A DNA stretch of 63,462 bases, counting the filler, from Polymyxa betae A26-41 (taxonomy: Eukaryota; Protista; Endomyxa: Phytomyxea), in assembly GCA_003693705.1 (NCBI GenBank). It is 6 parts of 6 records of this genome, joined end to end, with 100 filler letters (N's around TTAATTAATTAA, not from the genome) between each part and the next. Parts side by side here need not be neighbours in the genome. Positions count along the whole stretch, not along the records: positions 51,175 to 61,438 come from RBZT01000350.1; positions 61,539 to 63,462 come from RBZT01000733.1; 4 more parts are not named here. One strand, written 5' to 3'. Every line of letters begins with the position of its first letter. Position 1 is the first letter of the stretch. Below the pieces are notes generated by a model that worked only from the letters and a program-made list of their open reading frames with translations, was not told the origin of the DNA and made no database searches. Both the position numbers and the translations under genes were made by a program. Below, in pieces: positions 51,075 through 62,203 of this stretch.

Positions 51075-51174
51075 NNNNNNNNNNNNNNNNNNNNNNNNNN
51101 NNNNNNNNNNNNNNNNNNTTAATTAATTAANNNNNNNNNNNNNNNNNNNNNNNNNNNNNNNNNNNNNNNNNNNN
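51075..51174. other. Artificial contig-join spacer
   Basis: N44-TTAATTAATTAA-N44. Confidence 0.98.
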
Positions 51175-54100
51175 GTTCTCCGATCAATCGATGAAGCCTA
51201 TTTGCTGGCCAAACGCTCAAGAGCCCCGTTGAAACGGATATACATTGTAGTCGAGCTCTCCGAGCAACAGTGGCCAATGTTAGCTGCCAATCTGCGTCTG
51301 TTGTCTATGCGTTATGGCTCGCAGATTGCGTCCAACATCCATTTCGTATTCAGCAAATGCGATCTTGATCGTGCCAAAGAATTGTATTTAGGAAATGTCG
51401 AGTTCCTGCAACAAGTCTTTGAACAAGTGTTCCAGGAACGACCTCGGGTCAACCAGATCCTGTTTGTTACCGGTCGTGGTTCGTCGCCGCAATTAACGTG
51501 CGATCTCCTAGCGGCATCCCGTGAAACGAACCAGATCGCGTTCCCCGATAAGGCCGATGACAGCTCACTGCACCTTCGCAAGTACCGGGAACTTTTTGAT
51601 TTCATCGTTGACGCCCACTGGCCAGGCTTCAACATGAATCGCACGAAACATCCCTCCAGCATGCAGGAAGCCCGCGATTGCATCCGTTGGATTCTGGATC
51701 GCGGTGCTCAGCTCGACGCAGCCTTGTCCGTTAAATTTCAATCGCTTCAGCACCATATTGAGGCTGAAGCCACCGCCTGTGTTGTCGTCATCCCGGTTCC
51801 TGTTGTTGGTCAGGCTGCTGCAAGAGGGCTGATTATGGTTATCATCATTCAGATTCTTTCACAAGATGCGTATTTTGCACGGCGAGTACAACTTTGCGAG
51901 TTGCTGGCTGCTTTCCCTGAGGCGCTTGAGAATTGGACTGGCCTTCGTCCGGGCGCCAAAAACGATCTCTGGGAGCGCAGACTGAACCAATATCGGGAAG
52001 AGCAAGCTTTGAGAGAGAAAGAGCGAATTAATGGTGGATTTCTTATGAAATTACTGGGAGAGGCATTGGTCCATCGCAATAATAATGGCGTCGTTACGCT
52101 TAACAATGGAGGCGACGTTCAAAGCGCTACTTCTATATATCGAAGGATTACGCCACTTTTGAAACAGCTGCATGATGAAATGGAGCTGCGCAATGGGACT
52201 CGAATAATTGGCGATCTTGCTGATAACGAAGACCGAGCAGCAGTCTGCACTTGTGGCGCCCATGTCAATGATGCTGCAACGTATCGAAACATTATGCTTC
52301 TTCTGAACAAATGCGCTGACGAGAGAAGGCTTCGTAACGCTATTCCTGTGAAGCGATCTGATGGAGATGACGAAGGCGTAGCATCAAGCTATCAGGAGAC
52401 GACGCGACTCTCAATAACAATTGATGATGAGGGGAAGCTGCGTAATGGGGATCGTGTGAATTGTAATGATAACCCAGATCGAGGCGCAATCAACGATGAT
52501 GGCGACAATGATGACAGCACAGCTGCAATTTATCGAGCAATCAACGATGACCGCGACAATGATGAAAGCACAGCTGCAATTTATCAAGAAATTACGCTGC
52601 TTCTACAAAAGTACGATCAGGAGAGGAAACTGCGGTATGCCAGTCGAAATGATGGCTCTAACCAAGACCAAGCTGCTATTATCAATGTTGGCGACAAGGA
52701 AGACTCATCTGCAATGTATCGAAACATTTCACTAATTCTAAAGGAGCTCGATGCCGAGAGGAAGCTGCGTTTTCACCACTTAAACAACGGAAATCAATCC
52801 ATATCTCGAGATGCCGGTTCGTTTGGGAACAGCAACGAGGTCTGTGTGCAATACCAAAGAAACTTCATTCTAAATGGTCGCATCTTGCGTGGTCCAGAAG
52901 CTGTTACAGCCCATGCCAATCATGAGTCCAGCTTACGATCGTTCCGTGAGGTTCAAACTTTTGACTTTGATCACCCAATTCGTCAGCAACGTCGCCAAGA
53001 CTTCATTTTCGACAATTACATATTTCATGGCCTAGCAGCAGAACAAGCCAAGCTGGAATCCCATCTACCAAAGCAAAGGTTTGTTCTGGATGGTTGCATC
53101 TTACAAGGGCGCGCAGCCAGGATCGCCACATTCGAACTTAAAAGCCGTTTAGCACATTCCGCTCAGAGTATCACCATCCCACAACTTTCCAAATTCCGTT
53201 TGGATGGTGCCGCGTTTCATGGCTCAACAGCTGAACTTGCCAAGCGAGAGCATCGGACGCGTCTACGAGTGTTCAAGTTGGATAATCAGGTTTTCCGGGG
53301 TCGTGCTGCTCTGTTTGCCGAGACAGAAGCTGCCCAACGTCAAAATGATCCTATTATTATTGTCGATGACGTTTCTGGAGAAGCCGCCCGAGATGCTGCC
53401 TGCGAAAACAAGCTTGGGCAACAACCTGCAATGTCTCGAATGATTGAAAGTATCGTCAAACTGCTCACTGCCGGCTCACAAAACGAAGGAATAGCAAACG
53501 CTCAGACCAACTCTTTGTTGCGAGATGGACGTGCGCATCGCCCTAAGAAACAACATCAGCCTCAACCTCGAGCTGATGATGATCGTGTTGATGGAGAAAA
53601 AGCTGCTCATGTTCTCAAATTTCATCCACTTCGCTCGCTGATGGAACATTCCGACAGCGAAGCATTCTTCAATTTCGATGACGCGTCAACTGCTTCTCAG
53701 AATGCTGCTGCTCTCTCCTTAACATTCTCTGAAGAGTCATCTTTGGGTATAACTAGCCTCTGTCGTTCGCCGAAATTCGTTGTTCATGTTGAGTTATAGA
53801 TCCGACCATTATTGACGCTGTCAAGGATTATGTTCGAAATGAGATTGAAGATCGCTGTCGGCGGTTCCTACAAGATCACCTACTTCATCATGTTGATTGC
53901 ATTCTGAAGGAGCTGCGAATCAGTGCCGAGATTGATGATAATTTTGCCATCGATATTCTGCGTCAAGCTCTGAAGCTGATAGACTCATCAGGGGAGATAC
54001 TGATTGCTGATGAACTTCTCATCAGCGGAACAGGCTGGGCCCTCGATCTCTGGGTTGCTGAAACTTCCGCTTCGGCTGGCGAAAGGGCGGCTTCACTTGT

Positions 54101-57100
54101 TGATCTTAAAATGGTCCAGGAGACCGAATTCGATTACGATGTGCTGTTGCCGTTCAACATGAACTTGCAGAATGAAATCCAATACTCTAAATTGGTTTTC
54201 GAGCTGAAGTCACAATCTGCATTGTCGAAACGATCTGATCGCCTTCGGACTGACTTAGAGTCAGATCAGGTTTGGCTTCATTTAAAGAAATCAATTCGTT
54301 TCTGATATGGCTGCGCAGGAATTCGTCACTATTCAAGAACATCAGGATGAGACTTTCGGGTTCCTGCCCAAGTCAGGTGGACAGTCTCCTGTCCTGAACG
54401 ATCCTCAAGACAGTGTTTCTCCTGATGGCGAACCGAACCAAGACGGGCAATCTACAAACATTTCTCCCTCTGAGCGAAGTAACGGCTCAGATGCGCTCAG
54501 TGAAGAATCTGATATAGTTCTCTAGGAGAGGATCCAAATGCAAATCGACAAAGCCATGCGTCTAAAAAGGAGAATGAAACAGGGTCCTCAGGCTCAGATT
54601 TTGCCAGAGAAGACCCAGACCCAAATCATAACCGTGGAAGTGCTAGCGACGGTAACCATGAAGAACACGCTGTTAAACCGTCTGATTCAGATTTTGTAGG
54701 TGATGAACCTGATCCAATTCGCAACCCGAAAATTGCTGTCAACGGTAATGAGGAGGAAATCGTGTTTAAATCTTCTGATTAGGATCCTTTAGGTGATGTT
54801 TTTGATCCGAATCTAAGTGACGAAACTGCTCCAGAAGGTAAAGCAGACGGAATGATTTATATCTCGTCTGATTCGGATTATTTAGGTGCTGACGATGACA
54901 CAGTTCCAGATTCAATGGGGGAAACTGCTCCAGACGTTAACGAGAACGCAAAACGTTATGAATCGTCTGATTCACATTTCACTGAAGATCATGACTCAAA
55001 TTCCAATCAAAACAGCGACGAAAACAACCAGGAAACCGTTGATGAAGCGCCAAGCAAATGTCACACCTCATCTGAATTCCTTGGTAAAGCTGCAGCGAAG
55101 CATAACGATCAGATCGAGTCGACAAGAGACGAAAACAACCAGGAAACCGTTGATGAAGCGCCCAGCAAATGTCACATCTCATCTGAATTCCATTGGAAAG
55201 CTGAAGCGAGGCATAACGATCAGATCGAGTCGACAAGCAATGAAATCACTCTTCAACCGGGCGGGGCTACCGCACAGGCTGAAGCCATCGCGCATTCCAA
55301 AAATACTGGCAACGCCAGCGCGTCATTGGTCGATGCTACAGCACGAGGCAGCGCTAAGGGACTTGACCAGAACTATGGCAATGCGAATGCCAGCGCTCTG
55401 CAGGTTAACGCCACTGCCGATGTCGGTGGGGCCTCGACAAACGCTGGGAACGCCAGTTTCAATCTGGCCAGTGTTAATCTCGGTGTGAGCTTGACACCGA
55501 GTTTTTCGGCTGGCAATTTCAGCTTCAGTTTGTTCTCGTTCAATGCCCAGTTCGACCCATTTGCAATGATGAACATCCTGAACGTCGGGTTTGGATTTGG
55601 TTTTGGGTTACCAAGCGGTGGTGGTGGTGGCGGCCGCGGTGGTGGTGGCGGCCGCGGTGGTGGTGGCGGCCGCGGTGCCTTTAGGCGAGCGATCCGCGGG
55701 TATCGCCAAGGCAAAGCCAATGCTCGAGGTGCTGTGCGCCGTCAGGCCTTAAGAATGGTTGGTCAGAGCGGTCGAAACCTGGTTTCAAGGATACAAAAAA
55801 AGAAGCATCGTCCTAAGAAATTCCTTCAGAAATGGACTGCAAATTATCATATTACGCCGGGTCTACGAGTGTACCGCAATGGAAAGCTCTATCATAACCT
55901 GAAGACCAAACGCTCCAACCAGCCGTCCTCTAAAATCTATTTTAAACCCATGGATAATCAAAACCTTCAGACACGCGGTCAATCAAACAATCAGTCGGTC
56001 CCAGAAAGTGGCAACCATCCCTCTGTTCCCGGAAATGTTCGAAATCGTCCAGAGGGTAGTGAATCAAACAAACTTCCTGATGGTCTTAACAAGCCGTCCA
56101 TTCCCGAAGATGCCCGAATTCGTCAAGAGCGTGTTGATTCAAACAATCCAGATGGTCACAACAAACCGTTTATTCCCGAAGATGCTCCAATTCATCAAGA
56201 TCGTGGTGAATCGAACAATCTGCCTGATGGTCACAACAAGCCGTCTATTCCCGAAGATGTTCGAAATCGTCCAGAGGGTAGCGAATTAAACAATCTGCCA
56301 GATGGTCACAACAAGCCGTTTATTCCTGAAGATGCTCCAATTCATCAAGATCGTGGTGAATCAAACAAACTTCCTGATGGTCAAAACAAGCCGTCTGTTC
56401 CTGAAGATACTCCAATTCAAGATCGTGGTGAATCAAACAAACTTCCTGATGGTCAAAACAAGCCGTCTGTTCCTGAAGATACTCCAATTCATCAAGATCG
56501 TGGTGAATCAAACAAACTTCCTGATGGTCAAAACAAGCCGTCTGTTCCTGAAGATGCTCCAATTCATCAAGATCGTGGTGAATCAAACAATCTGCCAAGT
56601 CGAGTCGGTCACAGCGATATCTCTCCTGATGACGCTCGGATTCATCAGGAGCAGGGCGAGTCAAGCAATCAGCCCAGTCGAGAAGGTCCCAGCAATGGTA
56701 TTATACCTGATGATACTCGCAGCCATCACGAACATGGTGAATCTTCCAATCAGCCCGGTCAAGGAGGGCCAGATCCTTTTGGGCTCCCACGAAATAATGA
56801 AGAAGTTCGAAAATTAACCCTGGAAGCCTGGTACCGATCCATATTTGGAGACGGACTGGTTTTTTCGAATCCAGATAACCACGTTGACCCCATGCGATAT
56901 GCCACAAGTTGTTCAATTTGGGCAAATATTATGTCCGCCAACCTGACGAATCGCAAGCTAATCGACTTCACTGGAGGTAAATGTTTGCCTCGTGATCCTG
57001 TCGCCAAAAAACGGGCGTTAGACGCGCTCCACATTGAATTGTCAAAAAAGAATCGGGCTGTGGTCGTTGAACTGAAATGTGACGAATCAGGGGATCACTT

Positions 57101-57623
57101 TTTTCTTGTTACCGGTCACGGTGATGCCGTTTTGATAGCCCATGGATGGCAGAATAACCATACGGTTCGCTATGAGCGCCCAATGGGTCGAAATCGGTTT
57201 TTTGAGTTGATGCGGATGCTAATGATGTCGGATGATCCCAAATGTCGGCTACGGGCCAATGAAGACCTATTTCATGCGTCTCCATACGGCGGCACTGATA
57301 AAGTACGGATCGAGTCGCTGACATCTGGAGACATCGGTGATCCAATAATTCATCGTGACGGTGTTGACAGAAGTGTCCCCGGAATACATCAGGATCGTGA
57401 CCCTCGTTTCGACGCTCAACGTCCACACTGGATTCACCATCGTTCGTATGAAGAAGGCGGCAATCAGCCTGGTGCCGTCTCAGACGTGCGGAAAGAGGAA
57501 CATCCCATCGAGTTGTGTGACTTTTGTAAGCCCAGAGGGCGGGCCTGCTGCATGCGTTGTCTGCGTCAAGGATCGTCCAAAAAGATCGTCAAATATGGGA
57601 ACGTTTGGGGATTTGCAGACTGA
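51175..57623 (+). CDS. Giant modular protein (5' end lost in the gap): GTPase-like fragment, repeats, RGG tract, 25-aa array, papain/Cif-like domain and Cys-rich tail; two lesions
   Basis: The frame is open from the gap edge. GT-AG introns 53747..53799 and 54270..54318 join ORFs 51202, 54111 and 54307 in frame. A frameshift near 54520 and a TAG at 54780-54782 separate these from ORF 54852..57623, while the SDSD..GD repeats continue across both lesions. Confidence 0.7.
55017..55237 (+). repeat. 111-bp (37-aa) tandem duplication
   Basis: DENNQETVDEAPSKCH...HNDQIEST occurs twice. Confidence 0.92.
56020..56600 (+). repeat. Coding minisatellite with a 75-bp (25-aa) unit, about 8 copies
   Basis: GESNKLPDGQNKPSVPEDTPIHQDR and its variants. 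Indels are codon-sized. Confidence 0.95.
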
Positions 57624-58279
57624 TATCAATAATACAATGAAGAAATTTGACCAAAGAATCCTTATGTTCATCACATGAATTTCATTTTTAAAAAAATATT
57701 CACAGCTTGTGATCAATTGACATTTACGGAAATGTTTTTTTTTTCGGTGAATCAAGCCTTTAAGGGCTGGCTGTTCTTCTGAGCCATCGAAGTAGTGGAG
57801 AGTTAGAGACGACAACTTTATAGGACATCTAAGATGAAATGCAGATTTAGATTTGGCTTCCTACGACATGATGGAAGAGGAGCTTAACGTTCTTGCCACC
57901 GAGCATTCCTTAGAGAGCGAGTGTATGGAGGCTGATCCTTACTACGGTCCCAACGAGGTTGAGGGCTGCGTGCTGTGGGAGAAACTGATCAACGTCTGGT
58001 CGGAGAGCTGCAACATCTGGTAGAGGAAATATGCGATGTTTGAAATGTGTCGTCCTGTATTGCGATTTGTCATTTCAAGATTTCAGACACTCTGGCGGAA
58101 TCGCTTCAAACATTGCGAGCTCCATAAACAAAGTTCCGGAGATGAATGCCCATCAATCTATGAATCCAGCTGCGAGATTGTTCTTTCATCTCTATTGACC
58201 ATTCCTCTCTACATCATGACGAAAATCCGTCCGTGAAATGAATCGATTTCTGTTCACCACAAAAGTCGTTCTGTTTGCG

Positions 58280-58960
58280 TGGATTTGTGAAATCGTTGAA
58301 TTTTGGTATCTAATAGATCACAGACCTCGAGACTCTGTCTGGTGAGCTGTATCCATATTGAAAATCTCTCTCTGAAACTGTCGTTCAGAAAAGCAGCCTG
58401 ATTATGTCGAGTACAAGTTTATTATTAAACATGCAGCTCCCATTTGCAAATGATTCTTTGCAAGAGATCCCTTCAATATTAAAGCTCTCGATAAGCAGCT
58501 CATACTGACCGTAACCTCGCAATTTTCGACTTCGAATTCGAACTTACATTGTGTCGAAGTATAGCTCAGTTTAAGATTACCGATCCGGAACTGAAATGGA
58601 CTCATCAAGGCCCTGACATTTGGCTGAAGCGAGCCTTGAACTCCGTGATGGATTAATTTCAGGATCAATCGAGGTCCGGAACTGCCGTGATACTGTCGTC
58701 CCTTTCAGGTCAACCAGATTTTCCTTCTCGAAAACAACCCATTCCTGCTACTTCAACGCTCAGTACTTTCAGGTGTTCGAATATGCTGTCCGAATGATCT
58801 TCGGACTTCTCAATCTCGATGGGGAAAGCCGTTTTCGCATTCTCCTTTTCGGGAGCTTTGTTCTTGGGGCAAACGCAAGCGTAAACAGTGCGGATTTCAG
58901 ACTCCCATTGTCAGTGACAATGAGAAATATTCCATCGAATCAGAACAAGTCTGTGATAGA
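58280..58960 (+). pseudogene. Second copy of the CCxxDLR..WGNPF family
   Basis: 58335-58403 aligns with the rc of 250-312. Peptides KITDPELKW and CCPNDLRTSQSRWGKPFSH. Confidence 0.55.
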
Positions 58961-59675
58961 GGAGACCTCGTTCAAGGTCTCGTGAGATCTTCTTTCAAAG
59001 GATTTGAGACGGTATTTCTGTGTTCAAGTTTATTTCGTATTTTCTGAATATATTACAGAAGCTCATAAAGGAGTGTATTGAGCGAGAGAATAATACCGTA
59101 GCAATACCAGAGCTTACGAATGGAGATGATTGGAATCTAATTTCCCGAGATTCAGAGGAGACAATTGAAAAGGCTGAGTTAGGGTTTAGGGTTTTAGGCC
59201 GACTCGTATGTAACGCAACCACCTCTGTTCCATCACTGACCAACCTCGTAGAGGCCGATCGCCCTCGTGGTCTTGACAATCGTTTATATGCAGGGTAATT
59301 CCCGGCTTACAGGAATGGATAATCCGATGATCCAGCACGACCAACCCCTTGCGACCTCTGCGAAATCATGTTTACACAAACTATCCATCTCTCATTCACT
59401 AAGACAGCGATGAATAGCCCAATTTAGTAATGATTGTCTATAATAGATTACTGGGTTTATTACAAAATCGGATTCCAATGACAAAAAGTGCAATTAACAT
59501 TAATCTAAAGTAGTTATTTTGCAGTTTCGTTGTTACTGGTAGATTTTTTATCATAGAAAAATTCAATGAAAATTGTAGTCGAATGGAATATCGAGTCGCT
59601 CTCTCTGCTTTGTCCAACCTTTGTATATACAGCAACCCAACCTCGACCGATACTTTCATTCCATCACGAGCACAC

Positions 59676-60960
59676 TAGATTGGATTGGATTGGATTTGTT
59701 CGTTGATTTTCATCAAGTATCAACAGGCGGTGCTATCTCCTTAGCACATGGCCTATAGGACACTAATTGTCACTATGGGAGCTCCTACTATCCATTTTCG
59801 GAGCGGACATTATTTCACCCGTTTTGTATAAGATTCATCATAGTTCGGCCCTCCGTACCTAAGAATGCATCAGTGAAGTATGATAGGCACCCGCCTAATC
59901 CAACAGGGTCTCGAACCCATGTACCGTACTCCCCCTAATACACTCTTACTGGTTACCCAGCTCTCCCTCTTTATCGTTATATTTAGCATCCGTGTTTATC
60001 GCCTGCGTTGAGAAACTTTCTCATGAACTTTTCTTGAAGGTATAGTTCTTCATTAAAATCAGTGATTTTTCGTCTTTTGTATTCTCGCCGGAATTTCTTT
60101 AGTTGAGTTTTGAGCTTTTAGCATTTGACCAATTGGTGCTCTATCGTTTCGGGATATTTCTTACAATGCCTACATGTATTATCTTCTTCTATGCCAATGT
60201 TCTTAAGATGTACTCTAGCCCGGGTATGGCCAGTTCGTGTCCGATTTAATAACGCATGATCTTATTTTGAGAGGGATATCTGTGAACCTACTTCTATGTC
60301 GGATTCTCACATATCCATCACGTAATGGGAATCTGTTGCGATAGTTTGCGAACTGACTTCTCTTAAACGTTGTCCTCTACAAACTTCTTACGAATTCGTT
60401 TCTCAGCTTCTCTTAGTTTAAGTCTGTATGAAGAAATGACTGGGTCGTGCACAATATCGTCTCCAATATCAGCAGCCCTTTTAGCCCATAGATCAATTGC
60501 ATCACTTTCAGAGATTTCATTCGTATGACTGTGTATGAAATGTAGATCGACTTGGTTTCTCATTGCAAGAGCTCCTAGACTTTCTGCTACATCGATTATT
60601 ATTGCGTTAACAAATCTGTATTTGTACAGTAACGTGGCAATCTGTTGTAGACAAGAAAGAGAAGCAGTAAATATGTGTATATGGCGATCTTGTGGTTTAA
60701 ACGATCTGATTGTGTCCAGGACAGTAATTCTGTTGATATTGATAATGATCTATATAATGTCCAAAATATATGAGAGAAATAATTGACATCATTATTACAA
60801 TGATGTTCAAGACAGTACAGTATTGGATTTAAAGAATCTTCGAGATATTCCTCCAGCTCACGAGAATAGCTCGAATTCTGTGTCTTCATGTAATTTTTCA
60901 TTCGCGGAATACACTCCAACATGAGCTTCTGTGAACTATCCAGAAAAGTTCATAAACTTG
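59676..60960 (-). mobile_element. LINE (non-LTR retrotransposon) 3' remnant with RNase H, CCHC finger and (CCAAT)n tail
   Basis: HFIHSHT...DAIDLWAKRAA (RNase H end) and RTRTGH...TCRHCKKYPETIEHQLVKC (CCHC). The 3' UTR ends in a ttggattggattgga tract on the + strand. Confidence 0.85.
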
Positions 60961-61039
60961 AACACAGTAATACCGTCTCAATTCCGTTCATAGAATATCT
61001 CAATAGACAATGAGCACGGCCTCCTCTATCACGAACTAG

Positions 61040-61340
61040 TTGTGAATTGATCGAGTATTCTTATTGTCACTGACAATGAGATTCTCCAATCCGCACTGCT
61101 TCTCACCTTTGCTTTAGTGCTTAGAACAACGCCTCTCAAAAAAGCCTTGTTGAAACGGATTTCCCCATCGAAATTGAAAAGTCCGAAGATCATTCTGACA
61201 GCATATTCTAAGACATGAAAGTATCGGGTAACATCTTCGCCGCAGCCAATAACCAGAACGTTCACGAGCCCGTCTCAATTTCGGGTCGGTAATCTTGGCC
61301 CGAAAAAATTTTAGACATAAACTGGCCACCAATATCAACT
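61040..61340 (-). pseudogene. Third copy of the CCxxDLR..WGNPF family
   Basis: KITDPKLRR...ICCQNDLRTFQFRWGNPF. It is an inverted paralog of 58570-58930. Confidence 0.55.
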
Positions 61341-61438
61341 TGTGTAAGGGTGCGTTTGGCTATCTGCGCTCCGGAATTTCGCAAAATTCCTTTTTTGCAA
61401 TATTGCTGTAAAATATTGTAAGAACACGTTTTGACAAA

Positions 61439-61538
61439 NNNNNNNNNNNNNNNNNNNNNNNNNNNNNNNNNNNNNNNNNNNNTTAATTAATTAANNNNNN
61501 NNNNNNNNNNNNNNNNNNNNNNNNNNNNNNNNNNNNNN
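61439..61538. other. Artificial contig-join spacer
   Basis: N44-TTAATTAATTAA-N44. Confidence 0.98.
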
Positions 61539-62201
61539 AACAGGAATGGCTACAATTTGCGCTGCTTCGTAGTTGATGGGTGCCTAATTGCTATAGAAAG
61601 GCCATATGAATACGAAGGATGGTATTGTCGCAAGGGCTTTCCTGCGATTAACGCCCTCGTAGTAGTTGACCACCGCGCTCGAATTCTCAGCTATGTTCTC
61701 CGACCAGGATCGGCGAACGATAAGGCAATTTGGAATTATTCCAAATTCGGATCCGAAATCGGCTCAGTTTTACCAAAGAGACTTCATGGCCTTGGAGACG
61801 CCGGGTTCAAATTGTCAGAATGTTTGCTGATTCCTTATCCCATTTGAGATAATATGCCTGCTGACGAATCACATTATAACTACCTGCAATCCAAGACCAG
61901 AATTACTGTGGAAAGAGCGTTTGGCATGATCAAGAATCGCTTCCGCATCTTCCAAACCAAACTCAGCCAGAAAGTGCACTTCGATACAGGCGAATCTGCA
62001 ACATTGCAGATGGCCAAAATAATTGAAGCGTGCTTCATCTTGCATAACATTCTGATTGATCTTCGGGACCAACAGAACGATGATGACAATGTCTGCAGCT
62101 TTATTCCAGAGCTGGATACAGGGTTTCCCAGCATAATGCAGGAGCACGCAGGGAAACGAAAACGAGATCGGATCAAAACGTATCTTTATTTTAATCACTG
62201 A
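61539..62201 (+). pseudogene. Harbinger (HARBI1-like) transposase, 5' end lost in the gap, TGA at 61845-61847
   Basis: VDGCLI, WYCRKG, GSANDK, LGDAGF, VERAFGMIKNRF and ACFILHN. Confidence 0.9.
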
Positions 62202-62203
62202 TT

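Noticed and set aside
56020-56600. Regular repeat array as a possible CRISPR
   Set aside because: There are no unique spacers, the unit is a multiple of 3 inside an ORF, the context is eukaryotic and no cas genes are present.
54886-56817. Alternative-frame and antisense ORFs over the repeat arrays
   Set aside because: These are shadows of the repetitive main ORF.
59178-59198. Telomere-like TTAGGG/TTTAGGG tracts (also near 16989)
   Set aside because: Only 2-3 imperfect units, too short to call interstitial telomeres.
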